Made by a program: the position numbers and the translations under genes. A stretch of 64,000 bases of DNA from an uncultured Chloroflexia bacterium (GTDB taxonomy: Bacteria > Chloroflexota > Limnocylindria > Limnocylindrales > CSP1-4). Below are positions 29,300 to 38,700 of this stretch, piece by piece. Location of the stretch: positions 128,847-192,846 of the forward strand of contig CAVZXQ010000004.1 of assembly GCA_963779315.1 (NCBI GenBank), read 5' to 3'. The notes under the pieces were generated by a model. That model was not told where the DNA came from and ran no database searches. It saw only the letters and a list, made by a program, of their open reading frames with translations. The first letter of the stretch is position 1. Each line of letters starts with the position of its first letter.

Positions 29300-30547
29300 A
29301 TGACACAACCAGCCGCCGGCCCGAACGGCCACGTCTATCTCGTCAGTGCCGCGCGCACGCCGATCGGCAAGTTCGGTGGGGGACTCGCAGCGGTCCCGGC
29401 GGTGGAGCTTGGCGGGATCGCCATCCGGGCGGCCGTCGAGCAGGCCGGCCTGGATCCGGCCACGACCGCCTTCGATGACGTCCTGATGGGTCAGGTCCTC
29501 CAGGGTGGCGCCGGCCAGGCCCCGGCCCGCCAGGCCGTCCTTCGAGCCGGTCTGCCTGACTCCACGTCCGCCACGACCATCAACCGGGTGTGTGGGTCCG
29601 GCCTGAAGGCGATCATGCTCGCCGCCGCGGAGATCCGGGCGGGAGACGCGGAGCTGGCGGTTGCCGGCGGCATGGAGTCCATGAACGGCGCGCCGTACCT
29701 GCTTCCCGGCGCTCGCTTCGGCTACCGGCTCGGGAACGCCGAGATGAAGGACTCCACCGTCAGTGATGGGTTGTGGTGTGCTGTCGAGGACTGCCACATG
29801 GGCACGCACGCGGAGCGCGTGGCGATCAGCGAGCACGTCAGCCGCGAGGACCAGGACGCGTTCGCACTGGCCAGCCATCAGAAGGCCGTCGCGGCCATGG
29901 ATGCCGGCCGGTTCGCCACTGAACTCGCGCCCGTGACCATCCGCGACGCCAAGGGCCGCGAAACGCTCGTGAGCGAGGACGAGGGACCACGGCGCGACTC
30001 TACCGCCGAGGCGCTGGCACGCCTGCGCCCGGTCTTTGCGCTGCCCGACGGCGAGGATCGCGGGGACGCCACGGCGGGCACGGTCACGGCCGGCAACGCC
30101 CCCGGGATCACGGATGGCGCCGCGGCCACGGTCGTCGCAAGCGAGCGGGCCGTGGAGCGGTACGGCCTGACGCCACTCGCCAGGATCGTCGGCTACGCCC
30201 AGGCCGAAGTGACGCCCAAGTGGTTGTTCCTGGCGCCCGTCCAGGGCGTTCGCCAGCTGCTCGCGAAGGTGGACCTGCCGATCGAAGCGTTCGACCTGAT
30301 CGAGATCAACGAGGCGTTCGCCGCCCAGGTCCTCGCCGACGGCCGTGAGCTCGGCTTCGACTGGGACCGCGTCAACGTGAACGGCGGAGCCATCGCCCTC
30401 GGCCATCCGATCGGGGCCAGCGGTGCCCGGATCGTGGCCACGCTCCTCCACGAACTCGCTCGTCGCGAGGGCCGCTATGGCCTTGCGACCCTATGTCTTG
30501 GCGGCGGTGGTTCCGTGGCCATGGCGTTCGAAAGGATCCCCGCATGA
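29300..30547 (+). CDS. acetyl-CoA C-acetyltransferase (thiolase II)
   Basis: INRVCGSGLKAI, NEAFAAQ, GGAIALGHPIGASGARI, ATLCLGGGGSVAMAFE. Confidence 0.95.
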   Translation: MTQPAAGPNGHVYLVSAARTPIGKFGGGLAAVPAVELGGIAIRAAVEQAGLDPATTAFDDVLMGQVLQGGAGQAPARQAVLRAGLPDSTSATTINRVCGSGLKAIMLAAAEIRAGDAELAVAGGMESMNGAPYLLPGARFGYRLGNAEMKDSTVSDGLWCAVEDCHMGTHAERVAISEHVSREDQDAFALASHQKAVAAMDAGRFATELAPVTIRDAKGRETLVSEDEGPRRDSTAEALARLRPVFALPDGEDRGDATAGTVTAGNAPGITDGAAATVVASERAVERYGLTPLARIVGYAQAEVTPKWLFLAPVQGVRQLLAKVDLPIEAFDLIEINEAFAAQVLADGRELGFDWDRVNVNGGAIALGHPIGASGARIVATLLHELARREGRYGLATLCLGGGGSVAMAFERIPA

Positions 30548-32079
30548 CCGAGATCAAGACCGCCGTCTCAGCCGCGGTGGCCGCCGTGACGACCCCGACA
30601 TTCCGCCACTACATCGCCGGGGAGTGGTGCGACTCCTCCTCCGGCGAGACGTTCGAGAGCCGCAACCCGGCCGACACGCGCGACGTCGTCGGGCGGTTCC
30701 AACAGGGCACCAAGGCGGATGTCGCCAAGGCGATCAAGGCCGCCGCGACGGCCTTCCCGGCGTGGCGCGGCACACCGGCCCCCAAGCGTGGCGAGATCCT
30801 GTACGCGTACGGGGCGCTCATGGCCCAGCACAAGGAAGAACTGTCGCGGGCGATGACCCGCGAGATGGGCAAGGTCCTGGCCGAGGCCCGTGGTGACGTC
30901 CAGGAAGGCATCGATATCGCCTACCTGATGGCCGGCGAGGGTCGCCGGATGGCCGGCGAGACTGTCCCGTCCGAGCTTCCCGACAAGTGGGCGATGAGCG
31001 TTCGCCAACCGCTCGGCGTGGCCGGGATCATCACGCCCTGGAACTTCCCGATGGCCATCCCGTGCTGGAAGATGATGCCGGCACTGGTCACCGGTAATAC
31101 GGTCGTGTTCAAGCCGTCCAGCGACACGCCCCATTGCGCCACGCTCCTGGTCGAGCTGATGCACGAGGCGGGTTTCCCGGCGGGGGTGGTCAACATGGTC
31201 ACCGGTGCCGGGGGCGAGGTCGGTGATGCGATCGTCGAGAGCCCGGACGTGCCGGTCATCTCGTTCACTGGCAGCTCGACGACCGGCCGATATCTCGCCG
31301 AGAAGGCCGGCAAGCTCCTCAAGCGCCTGTCGCTGGAGCTGGGTGGCAAGAACGGCGTCGTGGTCCTCGCCGATGCGGATCTGGACCTGGCTGCCGAGGG
31401 GATCCTGTGGTCCGCGTTCGGAACGAGTGGTCAGCGCTGCACGGCCTGCTCACGAGTGATCGTGGAGCGATCCGTGGTCGAGCCCCTTCTGCAGCGTCTC
31501 GAGTCAAAGGCGAGGACCCTTCGCCTCGGTTCCGGCCTGGACGCCACGACCGACGTCGGCCCGCTCATCAACGGCGGCGCGGTGGACAAGGTCGCCGGAT
31601 ACGTGGACGTCGGTCGGACGGAAGGCGACCTCGTTGTCGGTGGCGGTCGCGCGACGGACGGCGACCTCGCCCACGGCCACTTCTTCCAGCCGACGATCTT
31701 CTCCGGCGTCGGGGCCATGGATCGGATCGGCCAGGAGGAGATCTTCGGACCGGTGGCCGCGGTGATCTCGGTCGACGGCTACGACGAGGCGATGCTGGCC
31801 CTCAACCAGACCCGCTACGGCCTGTCGTCCAGCATCTTCACCCGGGACGTGAACACCGCGTTCCGGGCGATGCGCGACTTCGAGACAGGGCTGATGTACG
31901 TCAATGCCGGCACGACCGGCGCCGAGACGCACCTGCCGTTCGGCGGCTGGAAGGAGACCGGCAACGGCCACCGCGAAGCCGGCCACGTCGCCCTGGACAC
32001 GTACACCGAGTGGAAGTCCATCTACGTGGACTTCAGCGGCCGGCTCCAGAAGGCCCAGATCGACAACCAGCCGTCCTGA
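30544..32079 (+). CDS. NAD(P)-dependent aldehyde dehydrogenase
   Basis: ATG at 30544 (ATGA overlap with the thiolase gene). Contains VVFKPSSDTP, LELGGKNG, and the catalytic Cys in FGTSGQRCTA. Confidence 0.9.
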   Translation: MTEIKTAVSAAVAAVTTPTFRHYIAGEWCDSSSGETFESRNPADTRDVVGRFQQGTKADVAKAIKAAATAFPAWRGTPAPKRGEILYAYGALMAQHKEELSRAMTREMGKVLAEARGDVQEGIDIAYLMAGEGRRMAGETVPSELPDKWAMSVRQPLGVAGIITPWNFPMAIPCWKMMPALVTGNTVVFKPSSDTPHCATLLVELMHEAGFPAGVVNMVTGAGGEVGDAIVESPDVPVISFTGSSTTGRYLAEKAGKLLKRLSLELGGKNGVVVLADADLDLAAEGILWSAFGTSGQRCTACSRVIVERSVVEPLLQRLESKARTLRLGSGLDATTDVGPLINGGAVDKVAGYVDVGRTEGDLVVGGGRATDGDLAHGHFFQPTIFSGVGAMDRIGQEEIFGPVAAVISVDGYDEAMLALNQTRYGLSSSIFTRDVNTAFRAMRDFETGLMYVNAGTTGAETHLPFGGWKETGNGHREAGHVALDTYTEWKSIYVDFSGRLQKAQIDNQPS

Positions 32080-32100
32080 CGGCCTGGGCGCCGCCAGCCG

Positions 32101-32119
32101 GGGGCGGCCGGAACGCCCC
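32101..32119 (+). terminator. short GC stem-loop after the ALDH gene (GGGGCG-N7-CGCCCC)
   Basis: Read directly from the sequence, 20 nt after the stop. There is no clear U-tract. Confidence 0.3.
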
Positions 32120-32125
32120 TCGTGG

Positions 32126-32154
32126 ATGACACGTCACTCGGCGTGCGGTATCAT
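32126..32154 (+). promoter_or_regulatory. sigma-70-like promoter for the tRNA (ATGACA-N17-TATCAT)
   Basis: The -10-like TATCAT ends 11 nt before the mature tRNA 5' end, and the 17-nt spacer is canonical. Confidence 0.4.
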
Positions 32155-32165
32155 CCCGGCCTCGT

Positions 32166-32240
32166 GGGCCCGTAGCTCAATGGCAGAGCAAGTGACTCTT
32201 AATCACTTTGTTGAAGGTTCAAGTCCTTCCGGGCTCACCA
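32166..32240 (+). tRNA. tRNA-Lys (anticodon CUU), CCA encoded
   Basis: Cloverleaf read by hand: acceptor GGGCCCG/CGGGCTC, D arm AGCTCAATGGCAGAGC, anticodon stem-loop AAGTGA-CTCTTAA-TCACTT, T arm GAAGGTTCAAGTCCTTC, discriminator A plus CCA. Confidence 0.9.
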
Positions 32241-32257
32241 CTCTTTGCGCACGAACA

Positions 32258-32291
32258 GACCCCCGACGGGTTTCGTCGGGGGTCCTTCTTT
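32258..32291. terminator. strong bidirectional intrinsic terminator (GACCCCCGACG-GGTTT-CGTCGGGGGTC followed by CTTCTTT)
   Basis: 11-bp perfect stem, with a T-rich tail on the + strand. It lies between the tRNA (+) and the META gene (-). Confidence 0.6.
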
Positions 32292-32335
32292 GGCTCTGCG
32301 ATCGGCGCCTGCGAAGGCGCCCCAAGCCGATCGGC

Positions 32336-32770
32336 TTACTTGAAGACGAGTGTCCCCTCGTCCTTGAGTGTGATCGTCAGCTGGCTATCCGCGATCGCGT
32401 AGCTCGAAGCATTTCCGAGGGCCTGGATGTACTGGTCCGACAACGAGCCCTCAGGGCAGGCCACCAGCGTCGTCGGGCCGAGTTCGATGGTCAGGCCGCC
32501 GTCCGAGGTCGTCGTGTAGGCGCCCGAGACCTGGTTGCAGTCCGCCTTGGCCTGGTAGTTGCCGTCCGAGCTGAATTCGATCGTGTAGTTGGCCTGGTCG
32601 GCCTCCGGCACGACGCCCTGGAACGCCGGGACCTTCTCGGTCAGCGCGGTCAGCTGCCAGGTCTTGCCGGTGAGGTCGCTGCCGGCACTGGCGCTCGAGC
32701 TGCTGCTGGAGCAGGCGGCGAGGATGACGGTCGCGGCGATGGTGAGCGCCAACATGGTGCGGTTGCGCAT
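32336..32770 (-). CDS. META-domain (HslJ-like) lipoprotein
   Basis: ATG at 32770 preceded by AGGGAG. Lipobox LALTIAATVILAAC-SS; META pattern DLTGKTWQLTAL...ADCNQVSGAYTT...GPTTLVACPEG. Confidence 0.8.
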   Translation of the reverse strand: MRNRTMLALTIAATVILAACSSSSSSASAGSDLTGKTWQLTALTEKVPAFQGVVPEADQANYTIEFSSDGNYQAKADCNQVSGAYTTTSDGGLTIELGPTTLVACPEGSLSDQYIQALGNASSYAIADSQLTITLKDEGTLVFK

Positions 32771-32861
32771 CGTTCTCCCTTGGTGCGATCGGCTGATGGG
32801 TGGTGCCCCGGTGACCCGGTACCCGCGCATGGTATCGGGAGACCGGGCAGACCGTCGGCCG

Positions 32862-34232
32862 CTACTTCAAGCTCTCGAGGTAGGTGAGCAGGTCATCCAG
32901 CTGTTCAGGGGTCAGGCCCGGATACAGCGGCATCCGCTGGTCCGGTGGGTCGACGAACCGCTTCCGCATCTCGTCGCGCGTCAGCCGCGAACCCGCTTTC
33001 GAGAGATCGACGCTCGACCCGACGCCGATGCCGCGGATCTTGTGGCAGACGGAGCAGTTCTCGCCGTTGTAGACGGTCAGGCCGGCCAGTTCCTCCGGGC
33101 TCATCCCCGGGGTCGCCGGAACCGTTGACCGGCCGGGCGAGCCGGTCGCGCCCAGCCACGCCAGTCCGACGACCATGACCACCGCGGCAGCGGTGAGACC
33201 CATCGCGACCGGCCGCTGGCGAGGGTGCCGGGCCCGCCCGCGATCGAGGAATGGAACGAGGATGAAGACGGCCGCGGCGAACGTGAACGTCACGAAGATC
33301 AGGAGCGGTTCGAGACTGCCGGTGAAGTACCACAGCAGTTGGAACAGGTTTAGGAAGTACCACTCCGGGCGAGGCACGTAGTCGGTCGAGTTCGGGTCCG
33401 CCCTGGCATCGAGCGGCGCCCCTTCCGCCACGGCCAGGAACATGACGAACGCGAGCAGGACGGCGGCCACGATGAAGTCCTTCACGAGCGACGTCCAGAA
33501 GGGCTTGCCGGCCCGCTTCTCCGCTTCGTATTCGCGTTGATACGCATCGCGCCGTGAGAGGCCGGGTTCCGGGGCCGTCAAAGGCACCGCTCGCGGCGGC
33601 GCGGCGATGCCCTGGCGGACCACTCCGAACAGGTGAAGCCCGACGAGGAGGAGCATGACGGCCGGCAGGACCCAGATATGGATCCCGTAGAAGCGGGCCA
33701 GGGTCACCGCCCCGAGCTGCTCACCCCCGCGCAGGAGTTCGACGACGGCGCCGCCGATGAACGGCGCGGAACCCGCGATGTCCGTGCCGACGACCGTCGC
33801 CCAGTAGGCCTTCTGGTCCCACGGCAGGAGATAACCGGTGAAGGCGAAGGCCAGGACGACGAAGAACAGCCCCGCGCCGACCAGCCACGTCAGTTCGCGT
33901 GGATAGCGGTGCGCACCCCAGACGAACACTCGCAGGGTGTGGAGGCCGATGAGCAGCACGAGCAGACCCGACGACCAGTGGTGGATGCCGCGCACGACGC
34001 TACCGAACGGGGTCTCGTCGATGTACAGGATGCTGTCGTAGGCATGGTCCGGACTTGGCACGTACGACATGGACAGGGCGATGCCCGTGACGATCTGGAC
34101 GCCGATCAGGAACAGTGTCGCGCTGCCTAGGGTGTGGAACCAGCCGATGTCACGCGGCACCTTGCGATCCACGAATCCGCTGACCAGCGGTGAGACGTTC
34201 AGCCGCTCATCGATCCAGCCTCGGACGCCCAT
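32862..34232 (-). CDS. cytochrome b (b6 plus subunit-IV-like) fused to a C-terminal mono-haem cytochrome c domain
   Basis: 456 aa; haem-ligand helices (GIHHWSSGLLVLLIGLHTLRVF, FYGIHIWVLPAV) and C-terminal CSVCHK. Confidence 0.85.
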   Translation of the reverse strand: MGVRGWIDERLNVSPLVSGFVDRKVPRDIGWFHTLGSATLFLIGVQIVTGIALSMSYVPSPDHAYDSILYIDETPFGSVVRGIHHWSSGLLVLLIGLHTLRVFVWGAHRYPRELTWLVGAGLFFVVLAFAFTGYLLPWDQKAYWATVVGTDIAGSAPFIGGAVVELLRGGEQLGAVTLARFYGIHIWVLPAVMLLLVGLHLFGVVRQGIAAPPRAVPLTAPEPGLSRRDAYQREYEAEKRAGKPFWTSLVKDFIVAAVLLAFVMFLAVAEGAPLDARADPNSTDYVPRPEWYFLNLFQLLWYFTGSLEPLLIFVTFTFAAAVFILVPFLDRGRARHPRQRPVAMGLTAAAVVMVVGLAWLGATGSPGRSTVPATPGMSPEELAGLTVYNGENCSVCHKIRGIGVGSSVDLSKAGSRLTRDEMRKRFVDPPDQRMPLYPGLTPEQLDDLLTYLESLK

Positions 34233-34236
34233 CGCT

Positions 34237-34788
34237 CTAGGTTCCCTCGGCGACGAACGTGCCGATGAAGACTTCGCCGCCCTCGGTCCGGGTCTCGTAG
34301 CGGATCATCGGGCGCGGAGCGGGACCCGAGAGAACGGCTCCCGTCGAGCCGAACATGCCCCCGTGGCACGGACAGACGAACGCCGCGGCGCCATTCGACC
34401 AAGACAGCGGGCAGCCGAGGTGGGTGCAGTGTGGGTCGAACACGACGACGTCCTCGTCCGTCGTGCGTACGACGTGGACCCCGACGGGCGCGTCCTCCGT
34501 CACCCAACCGTCGACGATGTGGCGCTCCACCTCGAGGTACTTCGGGACGCCGACCTCGAAGTCGGTGACGCGGCCGACCGACGCCCAATCCTCGGATCGA
34601 AGGGTGGGGGCGACGGTGGTGGACAGGAGCTTCGGCGCCGTCCGGGCTCCCCAGCCGGGAGCCGTCATGAACCCGGCGACCGGGACGGCCAGGACTGCGG
34701 CGATCGCACCGCCGAGGACGGTCGCGACGCGGATCAGGAACCGGCGACGGGACGGGTCGGTGCTGTCACTGGATCGCCGGTCCGTCAT
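34237..34788 (-). CDS. Rieske [2Fe-2S] subunit with Tat signal
   Basis: Twin-arginine SRRRFLIRVATV; cluster boxes CTHLGC and CPCHGG; GGGAGA Shine-Dalgarno 10 nt upstream. Confidence 0.9.
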   Translation of the reverse strand: MTDRRSSDSTDPSRRRFLIRVATVLGGAIAAVLAVPVAGFMTAPGWGARTAPKLLSTTVAPTLRSEDWASVGRVTDFEVGVPKYLEVERHIVDGWVTEDAPVGVHVVRTTDEDVVVFDPHCTHLGCPLSWSNGAAAFVCPCHGGMFGSTGAVLSGPAPRPMIRYETRTEGGEVFIGTFVAEGT

Positions 34789-34886
34789 CGATCATCGTCT
34801 CCCGTGATGACTCGCCGGCTGATCCCATCGAGCGTCCGGCATCGAACCATCCAAGGATACGTGGGGTCGCCGTGGAGGGTGTCGAG

Positions 34887-35672
34887 TCAGGGGAAGAGGT
34901 CGCTCATCCAGCGCCAGCGGCGGGGATGACTTGGCGGGTCATCCGCTCGGCGTGTGAGCTCGGCGACGTGCGGCTCGAGGAGGGCGGCCAGTGCCTCCGA
35001 CGCAGCTCGCGCGGCATCCAGCTCGGCCTGCGTCCCGGCCGCCGGAGCCTCATCGAGCCCGGCCAGCACGAGTGCCGTGGTGGGCGGCAGGATCCGCAGG
35101 CCGATCCGCCGGCCGCGGTAGAGCGTCCTCGTCCCGCCCAGGGCGACCGGCACGATGACGGCGCCCGTGCGCAGGCCGATCAGGCCGATGCCACGTCGGA
35201 ATGGGGCGACGCGGTCACCGTCGCCGGCCCGCGTCCCTTCCGGATAGATCCCGAACACGGCCCCGGCACCGAGGATCGCCCGGGCCGCCTCGACATGGAC
35301 ATCGATGTCCACGCCGCCACGGTAGACCGGCACCATCCCGCCGAACCGGCGCATCGCCCATTGCATGCCCGGGAACTTGAAGATCGCAGACGCCGAGGCG
35401 ATGTACCACAGGCGGGGTTCGATGAACTCCGACATGAGGAGCGGGCCGTCGAACCAGCTTCGATGGGAGGCGCAGGCCACGATGCAGCCACCGGGCGGCA
35501 GGTGCTCGCGCCCCTCGACCGACACGCGGATCGCCGCGATGACCGACGCGCTCCACCGAAAGAGCCCGAGGAGACCTCGAACGATGAAGCCCGCCCTGGC
35601 CGACGGCGTGCGACCGAGCCACGCCAGCCCCTCCGGGCGTGCGTCGCGTGGACTGCCATCGGCGGTCGACAT
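34887..35672 (-). CDS. 1-acyl-sn-glycerol-3-phosphate acyltransferase family (PlsC-like)
   Basis: HX4D motif ASHRSWFDGP; IYPEGTR block. Confidence 0.85.
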   Translation of the reverse strand: MSTADGSPRDARPEGLAWLGRTPSARAGFIVRGLLGLFRWSASVIAAIRVSVEGREHLPPGGCIVACASHRSWFDGPLLMSEFIEPRLWYIASASAIFKFPGMQWAMRRFGGMVPVYRGGVDIDVHVEAARAILGAGAVFGIYPEGTRAGDGDRVAPFRRGIGLIGLRTGAVIVPVALGGTRTLYRGRRIGLRILPPTTALVLAGLDEAPAAGTQAELDAARAASEALAALLEPHVAELTRRADDPPSHPRRWRWMSDLFP

Positions 35673-35717
35673 GCGGGCATCGTCGCAGAAACCCGGACCG
35701 GCCTGTTCGGACGGGAG

Positions 35718-38700
35718 TCAGCGGATGACGATCTTGCGGGCGGGCGTGAGCGAGGCGCGGCCGTCCTGGCTGCGTGACTCGGCGACCGCCGGCTCCCACG
35801 CATACGTCCCCGGCGTGACAACCCGGGCGTAGTAGCGCAGGACCACCGTCCGGTCCTTTGCCGTCGGCTCCGCGCAGAAGAAGACCCGTGGGCCGGACTG
35901 GTCGTACGGCGAGACGATGCCATCCGACGGGCCAGGCTCATCCTCGCCCTCGGGATCGACCCAACCGGCGAGGGTTCCGACCGGGAGGAGGCCGCTCGGG
36001 ACCAACTCCGTCACCTGGTGGCAACCGTTCGGGGCCTGTCCGCCCGAACTCGACCGTCAGGCTGACCGTCACGAGGTCCGCGCTGTCGACCGTCGACGGC
36101 CTGACCGATCGGCTGATCGTGATGTCCGGGTCCGGCTTGAGCGCCGACGGACGGACCGGCTCGCGCCAGCTGGTCGCCACGCCGATCTTGCCGGTGACGG
36201 GTTCGATCGAGAGCGTCGCCATCTGCGATGCGGTGAGCCTGAACTCGAACGAGGTCGCCGGCTCGAGCGACACCTCTCGCCGGACCCCGTCGACGGAGTA
36301 GGCGAAGCTGGCCGGCTGGACCGGCAGGCGTTCGAGGGTCTCGGTGACGAACGCGACGGCCGGCAGCACCTGGAGCTGGTCGGCGGCCGGGTTGGCTTCC
36401 ACGTAGGCCCAGTAAGCCGGGGCCAGTTCCTCGCCGAGCGCAGCCGTCAGGACCGCCATGAGCGCGGTCGCCGAGGTCACGTCGTCGGCCGACGAGCCGA
36501 CCCGCAGGCGCGCCTGATCGCCGAGTCGCTCGCCGTACTCGGCGACGAGCGCGGACGCGACCGACCGGGCCGTGGCGTCATCGCCAAGGGCTGCCGCGCC
36601 GAGGCCGATCATGAGCTGCTCGCGGATGGTCAGCTCCGGATCGGCCGCCGCCGCGCGGATGGCCGGCAGGACGGGCTCGGCGAGCCCGGCGAGCCCGGCG
36701 AGCGCGAACATCTTCCGCTCGCGCGTCTCCTTCGGATCGTCCCGGACGGTCCGGAAGTATTCGGCGAGGCGGCCCGGTCCGACACGGTCCGGGGCCGTGA
36801 GTGCGACCAGCGCCGTCAGCTCGAGGTCGGTGCTCGAGTAAGGCATGAGCGACAGGCCGCCGTCCTCGGTGTAGTACCGACTCGCGTCGAACGTGCCACC
36901 GACAGGGTCGGCGAACACCGATCCGAAGCGACTCGCGAGCAGGGCAGCGGCCGATTCGGCGGCGAGCCCGCGATCGAGTCGTCGCGCCGCCGCCATCGGC
37001 GAGTTCGGTGAGCAGCGGCAGGTACCGACCGGCACTCGCATCGGACACGACGACCGTGGTCAGGCCATCGCCGCCGGCGAATGCGCCGGTCGCCGGGAGT
37101 GCGACGTAGGCCGTTCGCGACCGTGTCAGGCGTGTCTCGACGACCAGGAACGACCGGGTCAGCCGGTCGGTCCGCGCCGTGGCGCCGCTGCCGCTCGTCG
37201 CCGAGATGGTGACGGTCTGTGTCCCGAGGTGCAGTGCCGGGAGCGGCACCAGGATCGTCTTCGCGACCTGCCCCTTGATCGGACCGCTGTCGAAGCCGAG
37301 GGTCTTCGACGTGACCCGGATCGTGACCGCGTCGCCCGGTTCGACCGCCGACCCGAACACCCGGACGGGGATCGACGGGCGGTCAGCAAGGAGGTACTCG
37401 GGAGCGATCGAGGCATCGGCGAAGAACGGCAGGCCGACCGGGACGAGCACCGTTCCGGCACCGGCGTCCAGCCCGGCCGTGATCGCGGACGCGGAGACTC
37501 GCCACGAGGTCAGGTCGTCCGACAACTTGAACGACACGGAACCGCGACCGTTCGCATCCGTGTCCACGGACGCGAACAGCAGCGTGTCCTTGAACTGGAC
37601 ACGTTCGTCGCCACCGCCCCCGGTCGTATCGCCACCCTCACCGCCGAGGTGCCCTTGCGAAGCCTCATGGGACGCATAGATGCCGACGATCCCAGAGTCG
37701 AGTGAGGCGTAGAGCTCCGCAGAGCGGATCGTCGGCCGAGGCCGCGCCCATCGCAAAGAGCTTCTCGTCCACGGCGCGAAGGATCACCGTCGCCGGGATC
37801 GGCACCCCGGACGCGTCTCGCGTCCGGATGCCGACGGTAGCCGTGTCACCCGGCGCATAGCGAGCCGCCCCGCTCGTCAGGTCCACCTGGAGGCTGCGGT
37901 CCGAGGTCCTGAACCGGGCAGCGAAGCCCGCCGCGACGTAGCCATGGCCGGTGAAGCGGACCGAGCCCACCTCCATGTTCGGGACCGCCCACCGCTTGAA
38001 GGTCGTGACGAACCGCTTCGACGACTGGACGGTGGCGTCGCGGAGGCCCCGCTGGGCGGTGAAGAAGAGGTAGCGGGTGCCATCGCCGCGTGCCTGCTTC
38101 AGATCCGGGTCCGTGAACGTCAGGTCGACGCGGTCGCCGATCCCGAAGTCATCGGATCCATCCGGGGCGGGAGCCGTCAGGTCGAGGGTCGGATCCGTGA
38201 GGTCGTCGAAGGCGGACCAGGCGATGCCGGTTCGCGTACGTCGAGGTCCGCGCGACGTTGCCGTCGGGATCGCCGACGGACACGCTGACCCGGTAGTCGT
38301 GATCGTTGCGCGTGGCGCGGATGGACGCCTTGTAGGACCCATTCGCCGCGCTCTTGACCTTGACCGAACCTGCGGACCGCTCGACGATACGGTCCTCGTA
38401 CACCGGGACGACCTTCTTCTCGATGAAGTCGTACTCGGTCCCGGTCTTCGTCCGGACCGGGATGAGTTCAACGAACCGCACCGTGACGGTCGCGCCGCGG
38501 ACCGCGGCGCCGCGCGGGTCGAGATCCCAGTCCCAACCTACCGCGGCGACCTCGGCTTCGAGCCGGTCGACGTCGACGAGGTGGACGCTGCCGTTCACGG
38601 CGACCCGGTCGTTGGCGATCCGCGCGGTGGCCTCGACGGTCCGACTGCTCGGGAAGATGAGGAATGACCGGCTGGCCCCGTTGATCTCGCCTTCCTCGGC

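Noticed and set aside
32166-35700. tRNA-Lys as an integration site for a genomic island
   Set aside because: I saw no integrase or recombinase and no repeat of the tRNA 3' end downstream. The flanking genes (META lipoprotein, bc complex, plsC) look like core genes with the same composition as the rest of the window.
36960-37040. Thioester (CxEQ) site expected in an alpha-2-macroglobulin
   Set aside because: I did not find the motif in any of the three frames around the TED-equivalent region. I therefore do not claim a thioester-containing A2M. The frame break at this exact place leaves some doubt.
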